From Candidatus Aminicenantes bacterium (GTDB taxonomy: Bacteria; Acidobacteriota; Aminicenantia; Aminicenantales; JAFGBC01), in NCBI GenBank assembly GCA_963702005.1, contig OY969696.1, forward strand, positions 2,688,001-2,752,000: DNA of 64,000 bases, read 5' to 3'. The notes beneath the pieces are model-generated. The model made no database searches, had not been told where the DNA came from, and saw only the letters and a list, made by a program, of their open reading frames with translations. A program made the position numbers and the translations under genes. Shown here piece by piece: positions 40,904 through 49,232 of the stretch (the first letter of the stretch is position 1; the number at the start of each line of letters is the position of its first letter).

Positions 40904-41135
40904 TCTGTCCCTCTGTCCCCCCTTATAAAGGGGGGGACAAAGGGAACAGAGTCATTCACTCTCTGTCCCAAGCCTAGGGAACAGACTGGGACAGAGGGGA
41001 CAGAGAGAGGGATCCTTCCTGTCCGGATTGTCTCGTCCCAGGGGACAGAGAGGCGAAAAATAGGGCTTTTTAACTGCACAAGAAATTGTGCACTTTTAAG
41101 CTCTGTCCCCGCGTTCGGGAACAGAGTCGGAACAG
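40904..41135. repeat. Iteron-like repeats and cruciform; putative replication origin
   Basis: About ten GG(G/A)ACAG(AG)/CTCTGTCCC copies in both orientations; TGTCCCCCC-TTATAAAG-GGGGGGACA inverted repeat; AT-rich patch; directly after the helicase gene. Confidence 0.75.
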
Positions 41136-41423
41136 CCACGCGAAACGTCTCCGGACGGCCCTGGAGATCGAACGGCCAGAAACGCAAGAATGCCAACTCA
41201 GGAAACTACCCAGATCGGGCTCAGGTGCTTCGAGCCGGGAAAAGGCGAGACCGTTTGATTACGAGACAGAGGGTCCGGGCCGCTCTCTCGGGGAAAACAG
41301 AGGCTCCGGCCGTGCTCTGTGCCACATCTGTGCCAGTAAAAAGGCCGCGCGGGGGCGCCCTGGAATCCCAACTTACTGTTGATAAACAGGTTACATACTA
41401 CCTGATTACCCAGGGGAAATAAG

Positions 41424-42086
41424 GTGAACAAAGAGGAGAACAAACCCTACAAGTCGAAGGGAGGGCGACCCTATCGACACGGGGGATTTTCTATCTCTCT
41501 CAGAGATGAAATCCTCAAGGACAACCCCAGGATCCGGCGTTACCTGGCGGATACCCGTGTCGGCCTGGCCCGGGACATAGCCGGAGGAGAGGATTCGCTC
41601 TCGGAGATGCAGCGCGTGATGATCGACCGGGTTATTTCGAAGCTCGCCGTCTGTCGCCTCATCGAAGCCTACATCGAGAAGTACGGCGCATTCAGACAGG
41701 ATCGCTTCAAGCGGAAGATCCTCGAGCTCGAGCCCTGTCTGGGGAACTCATACCTGGCCTATTCAAACAGCATCGACCGGGCCCTGGTTGCGCTCGGCCT
41801 CTCGAAGAAGGAAGCAGCCCGGGTGATGACGCCGGCCGAGCTGATCCTCGAGGTAGGGAAGGGTAACGCCGGCCCGGGATCCAAGGACAAGGGGCCGGCC
41901 CCCAGTACCCGGCGCCGGGCTCCAGGGAAGGCGAAGGGCAAGAATCCCCAGGGGACGGGAGGGGCGAAGGGCGAGACTGTGGGTCTTGAGGCCGGAGAGA
42001 TCGTCCGTCCTGGGGCATCCAGTGACGAAATCCCGGGAGACAAGAGCGTCTCCGAGGCCCCCGGCCAGGGGGAGGATCAATCATGA
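41424..42086 (+). CDS. Hypothetical protein, possible terminase small subunit
   Basis: GGRPYRHGGFS resembles the N-terminal (K/R)HG motif of TerS-like proteins; helical core, disordered tail; upstream of TerL. Confidence 0.5.
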   Translation: MNKEENKPYKSKGGRPYRHGGFSISLRDEILKDNPRIRRYLADTRVGLARDIAGGEDSLSEMQRVMIDRVISKLAVCRLIEAYIEKYGAFRQDRFKRKILELEPCLGNSYLAYSNSIDRALVALGLSKKEAARVMTPAELILEVGKGNAGPGSKDKGPAPSTRRRAPGKAKGKNPQGTGGAKGETVGLEAGEIVRPGASSDEIPGDKSVSEAPGQGEDQS

Positions 42087-42129
42087 TTCAAATAAACCTA
42101 GTGAGGCATTCGAGTCCTGGGAGAAAGCG

Positions 42130-42393
42130 ATGACGAATCGCGCAAGGCATAGGCGCCAGGCGCTGCAGAAAAGCGTTAACGCTTCGGATTCCGAGGAGTT
42201 GAGGGTGCAGGCCTTGCAGGGCGGATCCTGTGAGGTTTGCCGGGCGCCTGTCCATGCTTGTAAGGGTCGGCGTCGGCGCTTCTGCTCATCTCATTGTCGG
42301 CTCTTGGCTTGGGCCGTGGACGCCCTGGCAACGGCCCTGCAGCAAGGCAAGGCCGAAGGCCTGAGAGACGGGATCGGGAGATTGACATCATGA
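42130..42393 (+). CDS. Small zinc-finger protein
   Basis: CEVC..RRRRFCSSHCR; stop overlaps the next ATG. Confidence 0.55.
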   Translation: MTNRARHRRQALQKSVNASDSEELRVQALQGGSCEVCRAPVHACKGRRRRFCSSHCRLLAWAVDALATALQQGKAEGLRDGIGRLTS

Positions 42394-42638
42394 GCGAAAT
42401 CTTAGGCAGGCTCCAGAAGAACACGGCGGAGGAATTGAGGATCGCCCTGGAGGTTTCCCGGCCCGGGCATGAATACCTGGACATCCGCGTCTGGAAGTCT
42501 GTCGAGGCCGGGCACAACGGCGCCGAGGATCCGACAGAGCGCGGCTTTTCCCTGGACGTCGAGCGTTTGCCCGAGCTCATCGGAGTCTTGGCAGAGGTCG
42601 AGCGCGGCTTGCAGGCACGGAAGGAAGGCAGCCGATGA
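42390..42638 (+). CDS. PC4/YdbC-like ssDNA-binding protein
   Basis: KNTAEELRIAL..YLDIRVW..PTERGFSL..LPELI. Confidence 0.8.
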   Translation: MSEILGRLQKNTAEELRIALEVSRPGHEYLDIRVWKSVEAGHNGAEDPTERGFSLDVERLPELIGVLAEVERGLQARKEGSR

Positions 42639-43099
42639 TAGAGTTTGTCGTCCCTGGTGAGCCGCAAGCGAAAGGGCGGCCGCGCTTCTTTCCGATTCGG
42701 ACGAAGGCGGGCCGGACTTTCGGTCGGGCCGTGACACCGGATAAGACGCGGAGTTATGAAACCTTCATCAAGGAGCTTTTCGTCATGGCTTATCCGGGGT
42801 TCGTCCCGATGGAGGGGCCATTGTCGATGACGATCGAGGCTTTCCTGGGGATTCCGAAGTCGGCGTCGAAGACGAAACGAGAAGCGATGGAAGGCAGGAC
42901 CATCGTCCCGGAGAAGCGCCCGGATCTGGACAACCTCATGAAGGCGGCGGCGGACGCGCTTCAGGGGCTTGCCTTTCGGAATGATTCGCAGATAGTGGAG
43001 GCGGCTATTCGCAAGCGGTACTCGATCGCCCCCAGGATGAGAATACAGATCGGGACATTTGGCGGGAGAATGGATCAGGAAGGGAGGGCGGGTGTCTAA
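42635..43099 (+). CDS. rusA: RusA family Holliday junction resolvase
   Basis: VPGEPQAKGRPRF, KRPDLDNLMKAAADAL, NDSQIV. Confidence 0.92.
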   Translation: MIEFVVPGEPQAKGRPRFFPIRTKAGRTFGRAVTPDKTRSYETFIKELFVMAYPGFVPMEGPLSMTIEAFLGIPKSASKTKREAMEGRTIVPEKRPDLDNLMKAAADALQGLAFRNDSQIVEAAIRKRYSIAPRMRIQIGTFGGRMDQEGRAGV

Positions 43100-44584
43100 A
43101 TGAACATTATCCAGGCCATTCAATCTCCCTTAGTTTTCCGCCCGCTCTTCAAAGACCTTGAGACCTGGCACTCTTGGGAGGTTTACCTTCGGGCGCTCTT
43201 CGGCCTTGATATCGAGAGAAAGAAGGACCTCGAGTTATTCCGCAGCTGCACGGGATTAGAAACTCCTGCGGGAAAGGCCGCCCATGAAAGCTTCGTGATC
43301 TGCGGCCGACGCAGCGGGAAGAGTTTCACCTGTGCACTGATCGCCTCGTACCTGGCCGCCTTCAGTGACTGGAGCCCATTTCTGGGTCCAGGGGAGCGGG
43401 GTTGGATCTTCATCATCGCCGTGGACAAGGCGCAGGCGGGGATCATCAAGAGTTATGTCTCCGGGATTTTTCACTCGAATAAAAGCCTCGAGGCGATGAT
43501 CCGGCTGGAGACGAAGGAGACGCTTGAGCTCTCTAACAATGTGAACCTCGGGGTGAAGACGTGCAATTTCCGGACCGTCCGCGGCTACACGGTGCTATGC
43601 GCGATTCTCGAAGAGATGGCCTTCTGGCGGTCGGAGGATACCGGCGCAAATCCGGACAGGGAAGTCCTGGCAGCGATCCGGCCCGCGCTGGCTACGGTGC
43701 CCGATTCCTTTTTGATCGGGATCTCAACACCATACAGCCGGCAGGGCGTGCTCTGGGAGCAATTCCGGGTGAACTGGGGGAAGCCGGGCGGACCCCTGAT
43801 CTGGCGCGCGGGGACCTCGACGATGAATCCGACGATCAGCCGGAAGACGATCGAGACGGCCCTGGCGACCGACCGGACCGCGGCCGCCGCTGAGTGGGAG
43901 GCCGAATGGAGAGAGGACATCTCCACGTTCATGCCGCTCGAGATGGTCGAGGCCGTAGTCGTCCCGGGCCGATATGAGCTGCCGAAGGTCGAAGGCGCCG
44001 ATTACCATGCGTTCTGTGATCCCTCCGGCGGGCGCCAGGACTCGATGACGCTGGCTATCGGCCACAGGGACGCCGTCGGCCATGTCATCCTTGATGTCCT
44101 CCGCGAGGCCCGGCCGCCCTTCACGCCGGGGAGCGTCGTTGCCGAGTTCTCCGACCTGCTCAAGGGATTCGGGATCTGCTCGGCCCGGGCGGATCGGTAT
44201 GCCGGCGAGTGGGTGACGTCAGCCTTCAGAAATCACGGGATCAGCATCGAGGCCTCGGAGTTCACGGCCTCCGAGATCTACGTCAACTTCCTGCCCCTTG
44301 TGGCGAACGGGTCAGTCGAACTCCTGGACATCAAACGCCTAACCGCCCAGTTCACGGGGCTCGAGCGCCGGACCCGGAGCGGAGGCAGGGACCTCGTCGA
44401 CCACTACGCCGGCGGACACGATGACCTGGCCGTGGCCGCGGCCGGCGCCTGCGTGATGGCGGCGAAGAATTCGGGGGCGGCCGGCTATGAAGGCTGCCCG
44501 GCTGAGGATGATGACGATGAGGATGGCGGCGTTCGTATTGCGGGGATTAATGATCTGCGGCGTGAGCTGAGGCGTGGAACCTAG
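43100..44584 (+). CDS. Terminase large subunit
   Basis: Walker A GRRSGKS, RG, Walker B CAILEEMAF, ISTP coupling motif, nuclease FCDPSGG..D and HDDLAVA. Confidence 0.87.
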   Translation: MNIIQAIQSPLVFRPLFKDLETWHSWEVYLRALFGLDIERKKDLELFRSCTGLETPAGKAAHESFVICGRRSGKSFTCALIASYLAAFSDWSPFLGPGERGWIFIIAVDKAQAGIIKSYVSGIFHSNKSLEAMIRLETKETLELSNNVNLGVKTCNFRTVRGYTVLCAILEEMAFWRSEDTGANPDREVLAAIRPALATVPDSFLIGISTPYSRQGVLWEQFRVNWGKPGGPLIWRAGTSTMNPTISRKTIETALATDRTAAAAEWEAEWREDISTFMPLEMVEAVVVPGRYELPKVEGADYHAFCDPSGGRQDSMTLAIGHRDAVGHVILDVLREARPPFTPGSVVAEFSDLLKGFGICSARADRYAGEWVTSAFRNHGISIEASEFTASEIYVNFLPLVANGSVELLDIKRLTAQFTGLERRTRSGGRDLVDHYAGGHDDLAVAAAGACVMAAKNSGAAGYEGCPAEDDDDEDGGVRIAGINDLRRELRRGT

Positions 44585-44632
44585 CGATGAGGTGCCTCAG
44601 TTTGAATAAAAAATAATCGAGGAGGCAAGACA

Positions 44633-45187
44633 ATGACGGACAAAGAACGGTATCTCAAGATCAAGGACGGTCGAGACAGCCTGGCCTCGAAGCTCTCGGC
44701 TTTTCCCCGGGAGATCGAGACCCTGGGCGCGGAGATCGCACCGTTAGAGGAAGAAGTCCTCAAGCTCGAGATCCTCGGAGATTCGAGCGCGGCGGCGAAG
44801 CGGGCAGAGATCCGGGAGAAGACGGCGCATATCCGGCAACTCGAAAGCGAGCGCGAAGAAGCCAAGCGGCGTCTGGAAGTCTCGGGCAAAGTCCTCGTGG
44901 AGCTCCGGGAAAAGGCCGAAAAAGAACTCTACCCCGGCCAGGCCAAAATGCTCAAGAGGGCGATCGAGGTCTTCCTGGCCAAAATCCAGGAAGCCTTCGC
45001 TGCGGAGATCGAACTTTCGGCCGCAAGAGAGGAAGTGAAGCGGGTCTTCCAGGAGATCGACTCGGGCAACTTCCCGACCGTTTCGTGGAATCCGATCTTC
45101 CTTCGAGGGCCCTGGGACAAGCAGATGAAGGGCGCCGTGGAGTCGATTCTCGCCGAACTGCAGGCAGGTCTTCAAATCCTGAAATAG
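44633..45187 (+). CDS. Coiled-coil hypothetical protein
   Basis: GGAGG RBS; E/K/L-rich heptad pattern. Confidence 0.7.
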   Translation: MTDKERYLKIKDGRDSLASKLSAFPREIETLGAEIAPLEEEVLKLEILGDSSAAAKRAEIREKTAHIRQLESEREEAKRRLEVSGKVLVELREKAEKELYPGQAKMLKRAIEVFLAKIQEAFAAEIELSAAREEVKRVFQEIDSGNFPTVSWNPIFLRGPWDKQMKGAVESILAELQAGLQILK

Positions 45188-45196
45188 GAGGCACGC

Positions 45197-45745
45197 ATGA
45201 TCAAGTTAGAAAGAGGAGCTCACGATCGATTCTTCCGAAAAAAGATCATTCGTGAGCGCCAGATCAAGATGCTTAACAAGTACGTGCCGCTGGCAGAACG
45301 GATCTGGTTCAGCTACAATTCCGTTGACGTCGACGACGTCCCGGACCACGTGAACGCCGCAGCGCGCCGGATGATGAATTTCTGCGCCTTCAAGCTCGGG
45401 CTAAAGAAACTCAGCATTGAATGGATCGAAGGTGAGGCGGTCCCGGCAAGGTCCAAGGGGGCGAATAAATTCAAGTATACCCTCCCGGAGCCGCTCCTGG
45501 GGCGCAGCTCTCCCGGATCGGAGACGATCGAGATTCGCTGCGACATGCCCGTCTCGGACATCCTGCACGCGATCTCCCACGAGGCGCATCACGTTTGGTT
45601 CGAGAGGGCCCACGGGAAGACGTATCCCTACACAAGAGAGCGCGAGATGTGGGAGAACACCGCGAACACCTTTGCGCTCCTGGCCCTCCAGGGACTCAAG
45701 GATCAAGATGCGATCGGATCCCGATGCGGCTGGTACGGCGGGTGA
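45197..45745 (+). CDS. HExxH metallopeptidase-like protein (ImmA/IrrE-like fold possible)
   Basis: AISHEAHH followed by E..ANTFA; GGAGG RBS. Confidence 0.62.
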   Translation: MIKLERGAHDRFFRKKIIRERQIKMLNKYVPLAERIWFSYNSVDVDDVPDHVNAAARRMMNFCAFKLGLKKLSIEWIEGEAVPARSKGANKFKYTLPEPLLGRSSPGSETIEIRCDMPVSDILHAISHEAHHVWFERAHGKTYPYTREREMWENTANTFALLALQGLKDQDAIGSRCGWYGG

Positions 45746-45766
45746 GAGAAAAGCTGCCAGAGCGCG

Positions 45767-45955
45767 CTAGCGGCCTCTGACCGCGTTAACCGTCCTGGAC
45801 TTGATGAAGCGGTCTATATCCTCTCGCCGGAATAGGACGCGGCGGTCGAGCTTGATGTAGGGCAGGTACTTCTCTTTTATCCACTTGTCGAGAGTGCTCC
45901 TGCTGATTCTTAGGTATCCCATGAGCTCAATTTTGGTTAAAAGGGACTTTTCCAT
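45767..45955 (-). CDS. Excisionase-type HTH_17 protein
   Basis: LLTKIELMGYLRISRSTLDKW..LPYIKL..VLFRREDIDRFI. Confidence 0.82.
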   Translation of the reverse strand: MEKSLLTKIELMGYLRISRSTLDKWIKEKYLPYIKLDRRVLFRREDIDRFIKSRTVNAVRGR

Positions 45956-46074
45956 CCCGGGCAATCATAGCAGGTTCGTCCAAAAAAGTGAATAAAAAAG
46001 CTTGACAATCAAGCATAAACGTGTAAAGATAAGCATAGACAAGCATGAGAAAACAGAGAAGGGAATACGATAAA

Positions 46075-46257
46075 ATGGTTAAATTATTCTCTATCAAAGA
46101 GATATGTGATCTGTGCAGCGTCAAAAGATCCACCGTCCTTCAGTGGATTGGCTCGGACCGACTCCGGGCCTTTAAGCTCGGCGGGGGGCGCCTCTGGCGG
46201 ATCCGGGAGCATGATCTTAAGAAATTCATAGACACAAGCGCGCGGGATTCTCGATGA
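46075..46257 (+). CDS. Excisionase-type HTH_17 protein
   Basis: LFSIKEICDLCSVKRSTVLQWI..LRAFKLGG..WRIREHDLKKFI. Confidence 0.85.
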   Translation: MVKLFSIKEICDLCSVKRSTVLQWIGSDRLRAFKLGGGRLWRIREHDLKKFIDTSARDSR

Positions 46258-46421
46258 CAACACTTCTCAATAGGAAGGATACGGCCAAGATGTTCGGCGT
46301 GACGCTGCGGACAGTAGATAACTGGTGTCGGGCGGGGCTTCTTCCGTTTATTGCACTGCCGGGCGGGAAGCGATTTGATCTTCAGGATATAGAACGCTTC
46401 ATCAACGCCAGGAGGCGATAA
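46254..46421 (+). CDS. Excisionase-type HTH_17 protein (55 aa, not in the ORF track)
   Basis: Hand translation MTTLLNRKDTAKMFGVTLRTVDNWCRAGLLPFIALPGGKRFDLQDIERFINARRR; ATGA overlap upstream, abuts the next ATG. Confidence 0.8.
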   Translation: MTTLLNRKDTAKMFGVTLRTVDNWCRAGLLPFIALPGGKRFDLQDIERFINARRR

Positions 46422-46763
46422 ATGAGCAAAAAGGTGATGAAACTCCTCGATGCCTCGACGGGACTCATGGAGTGTCGCGTCTGTGGCCGGCAGCATCACG
46501 CCTCACTCCTCGAGGGCGGGCGATATGCCCGCGGATCCTGGAAATGTTCGGACGGCTGCAAGCATTCGGATCTTCGGAAAGTCAAAGTCCGTCTGGCGGG
46601 AGGAGAACTCTCCGAATTTCGGCTCGTGGTCGGCGCGGGGATACCCGTCCTTGAGAACGCCGGCGGCCAAATCTACGGACCCGGAGACATCCGGTTCTCC
46701 GAGATCCTCTTCGTCCCGGCCTGGGCCGAGGACCTGCTCCGCTGGGCAGGATATCAATTCTGA
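46422..46763 (+). CDS. Hypothetical zinc-ribbon protein
   Basis: CRVC...CSDGC; GGAGG RBS. Confidence 0.6.
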   Translation: MSKKVMKLLDASTGLMECRVCGRQHHASLLEGGRYARGSWKCSDGCKHSDLRKVKVRLAGGELSEFRLVVGAGIPVLENAGGQIYGPGDIRFSEILFVPAWAEDLLRWAGYQF

Positions 46764-46776
46764 AAGGGAGGATATC

Positions 46777-47016
46777 ATGAAGACCGAAGTCTGCTTGATT
46801 AAGAAGTCTCAGAAGTCCGCTAAAGGGCCCGTGTCCTTACCTACGCTCATATCCCGCAAAAACGAAAAATGTTATCTCTCGGAATTGGCCAAAATAGCGG
46901 CTGCCCTGGGCGTCACGCTGAAGGATTTTTTCATCGAGAATGGCCGGATAACTTACAAGCACGTGCTGCTCATGTACAAACTTGCCGAAGAACTCAACAT
47001 GAAAACGGGAAGGTGA
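46777..47016 (+). CDS. Small hypothetical protein, degenerate HTH-like
   Basis: GGGAGG RBS; LSELAKIAAALGVTLKDFF resembles the C-terminal half of an XRE domain. Confidence 0.5.
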   Translation: MKTEVCLIKKSQKSAKGPVSLPTLISRKNEKCYLSELAKIAAALGVTLKDFFIENGRITYKHVLLMYKLAEELNMKTGR

Positions 47017-47018
47017 CC

Positions 47019-48146
47019 ATGAGCGCCTCAGCCCACGTCCGAGTTCCCGGCCTGGGCCGTATCTATCGGGTCGGCCGGATCTGGTATGTGGATTACTGGG
47101 TTGATGGCTGCCGCAAGCGCGAGCGCGCGAGCGGGGACAAGGAAATGGCCCTCAGTATCCTGGCCGCGAAACGAACGGACGTCGAACGCGGAGAGCTCGG
47201 CTTCGAGAAAAAGCAGATCCTTCACTTCGCTTCCTTCGCCGAGGAGTACAAGAAGATTAAGGCAGGTTCGAGGTCCATCTGTAGCATCCGGGGATATATC
47301 AAGCACCTTCTTCGATTCTTCGGAGATCTCCAGCTCTCGAAGATCACGCCGGAGATGATCGAGGGATATAAGCAAAAACGGCTCAAACAGAAAGTCCGCG
47401 GCCAGGACCTCAAGCGGACGATGAAGGGCTCGAGCATTAACCGGGAGCTGGCAACCCTCAAGAACATTTTCAGCGTCGCGTTGAAACAGAAGCGATATCG
47501 TGGAGATAACCCGGTCAGGCAGGTGTCCTACTTTCCCGAACAGAATCGCGATTATGTCCTCAGCAAGGAAGAGATCGGGCGCCTCCTCGAAGCAGCCGGC
47601 GGGACCCTGCGGAAGATTGTCTTGATCGCGCTGAATACAGGACTCAGGAAGGGCGAGATCCTGTCCCTGAGATGGAACCAGGTCAATTTTGAGGAAGGTA
47701 TTATCTCTTTCGCTAGAACCAAGAGTGCCAAGTATTTCCGGGTCCCCATGAATCAGGTCGTACGGGATATTCTTGCCGGGGTCGAGAAGAAAAGCGATCA
47801 TGTCTTTCCGGGTCGTGGAAGTCGGGGGTATCTCTTCGACTGTAAGAAGCAGTTCGAAGCCGCCCGGGAAAAGGCCGGCCTGCCGGAGTTGCGGTTTCAT
47901 GATCTCCGGCACTGCGCCGGCACGTACATGGCCGCGGCCGGCATCCCTTTGACCACAGTCCAGCAGATCCTCGGACATCAGGACATTCGGACGACCATTC
48001 GATATATCAACCCGAATGATGAAGGGCGTAGAAAAGCCGTCAACGCCCTGGCAGCTCTCTTCGTAGATCCCGGGCAGGGGAGTGGCACAAATATGACACA
48101 GGAAGAAATCCGGGAGCCCGCAACGATAGAGATATCAACCAATTAG
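47019..48146 (+). CDS. int: Tyrosine integrase
   Basis: N-terminal arm-binding strands (IYRVGRIWYVDY), INRELATLK, TGLRKGE (R), TKS (K), FHDLRH, LGH, TTIRY; adjacent to the att repeat. Confidence 0.95.
   Translation: MSASAHVRVPGLGRIYRVGRIWYVDYWVDGCRKRERASGDKEMALSILAAKRTDVERGELGFEKKQILHFASFAEEYKKIKAGSRSICSIRGYIKHLLRFFGDLQLSKITPEMIEGYKQKRLKQKVRGQDLKRTMKGSSINRELATLKNIFSVALKQKRYRGDNPVRQVSYFPEQNRDYVLSKEEIGRLLEAAGGTLRKIVLIALNTGLRKGEILSLRWNQVNFEEGIISFARTKSAKYFRVPMNQVVRDILAGVEKKSDHVFPGRGSRGYLFDCKKQFEAAREKAGLPELRFHDLRHCAGTYMAAAGIPLTTVQQILGHQDIRTTIRYINPNDEGRRKAVNALAALFVDPGQGSGTNMTQEEIREPATIEISTN
48082..48145 (+). promoter_or_regulatory. Arm-type sites and IHF consensus, element 1 right end
   Basis: GTGGCACAAA (48082) and ATGACACAGG (48093); TATCAA-CCAA-TTA (48133-48145) matches WATCAANNNNTTR. 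Confidence 0.72.
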
Positions 48147-48160
48147 GGCGGGGCACTCCG

Positions 48161-48220
48161 TGACTACGAATCAGAAGGTCGCAAGTTCGAATCTTGCCGG
48201 GCGCGTTTCTAAATTCCCCC
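48161..48220 (+). repeat. att core copy 2 (right end of element 1, left end of element 2)
   Basis: 60/60 identical to 35247-35306. Confidence 0.95.
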
Positions 48221-48233
48221 TGTAACTTCTGTA

Positions 48234-48332
48234 AATCAAGGGCTTAGCATGATTCGGGGCGGGGAAAGGCTTTAAATCATCTTCAGCCGTTTTATGCCTT
48301 TTTCAGCCAAAAAGCGGAAAGAAAGCGGAAAG
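48234..48332 (+). promoter_or_regulatory. IHF consensus and arm-type repeats, element 2 left end
   Basis: AATCAA-GGGC-TTA (48234-48246); AAAGCGGAAAG twice (48311, 48322). Confidence 0.72.
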
Positions 48333-48383
48333 CGTTTTTGAAACTACAATCGGAATTGTAGGGAAACGTCCCCCGGCGGAATT

Positions 48384-49013
48384 CTATTTCACCTTGATGA
48401 TGAAATTGACACTCGCGTTCTTGGGCCGGGTCTCTTCTCCCGCGTTAACCCACGACTTGGTGTTGTACCTTGTCGCGCCCATGATGTTCGCATTGACCGA
48501 GGTAGACATCTTATAATACCAGGAACCAACATCATAGGCCCAAAAACCTGTTCCGCTAGCGGCCGCACTCGCGACTTGAGTGTGTTCGTACTGATGGCTG
48601 TGCGGAGTCTGAGCATGCGTATGGTTTTGCATCATATCCTCTTGGACCGACCCGACGCCCGTCGCGCTCCCACCGGGATTGGAGGGCTTGCGCTTCTTCA
48701 CATCGGGATCCCGGCCCGTTCCTGCGTCATCACCTCGAAGGAACCTCCCCCTGAGGTCGGGCAGATTGAATTTGTCGCCAGCGCTTCCCCATGACGTTCC
48801 GATGGCCGTGAAGAGCTCCGTATAGACCGATTTGCTCAGCGCCTTGCCGTTGCACAGCATCCAGTTCGCGGGAATGGAACTCGATGCGCCGCCCCAAGCT
48901 ATGATGGTGCCTACGGGCAGCGAATTATCTGTCGCCCTTGTCGGGGCCATGATGCCCACGGCGCCCGCAGCCGACAATATTGATAAAACGCCGGCCAATA
49001 CTAGGTTCTTCAT
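48384..49013 (-). CDS. Phage tail-collar domain protein with signal peptide (paralog B)
   Basis: PVGTIIAWGG..WMLCNG..YTELFTAIG..FNLPDLRGRFLRG collar domain; HTH and HSH motifs; ETRPKN..VNFIIK end. Confidence 0.88.
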   Translation of the reverse strand: MKNLVLAGVLSILSAAGAVGIMAPTRATDNSLPVGTIIAWGGASSSIPANWMLCNGKALSKSVYTELFTAIGTSWGSAGDKFNLPDLRGRFLRGDDAGTGRDPDVKKRKPSNPGGSATGVGSVQEDMMQNHTHAQTPHSHQYEHTQVASAAASGTGFWAYDVGSWYYKMSTSVNANIMGATRYNTKSWVNAGEETRPKNASVNFIIKVK

Positions 49014-49122
49014 GCTATCCCTCCAAATAAAAAATTGATAAGCCGGACAAGGATTCCCTTTTCAACCGCGCCCGGCCGCAATCTGCCATTCAGGTCGATT
49101 TCTCATCTTGCTACTTGGGACA

Positions 49123-49151
49123 AAGATAAATCCCTGTTCTGGATATGTCAA
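49123..49151 (-). promoter_or_regulatory. Sigma70 promoter of paralog B
   Basis: Minus strand TTGACA-17 bp-TATCTT; conserved in both duplicated units. Confidence 0.75.
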
Positions 49152-49232
49152 GAACGGTGGGATGATAAGTCGGGACGGGTCGGCGGCCGCCGGGGGGAGT
49201 TCGATGAGGCCGGGGAAGGCCCGGACCTGGAG

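Noticed and set aside
40904-41135. CRISPR array
   Set aside because: Repeats are about 9 bp, irregularly spaced and in both orientations; no cas genes are present.
40883-41422. 179-aa ORF after the helicase
   Set aside because: The translation (GTKGTE, GTEGTE) simply reflects the iteron repeats; the region is better explained as an origin.
48161-48205. Second tRNA-Arg gene
   Set aside because: Only the anticodon-to-3' half is present and the upstream sequence cannot form the D-arm or acceptor stem; it is an att repeat. The same applies to 50147-50190.
49014-49122. Known riboswitch in the tail-collar leader
   Set aside because: No match by eye to c-di-GMP or other familiar aptamer consensus; conservation may reflect recent duplication.
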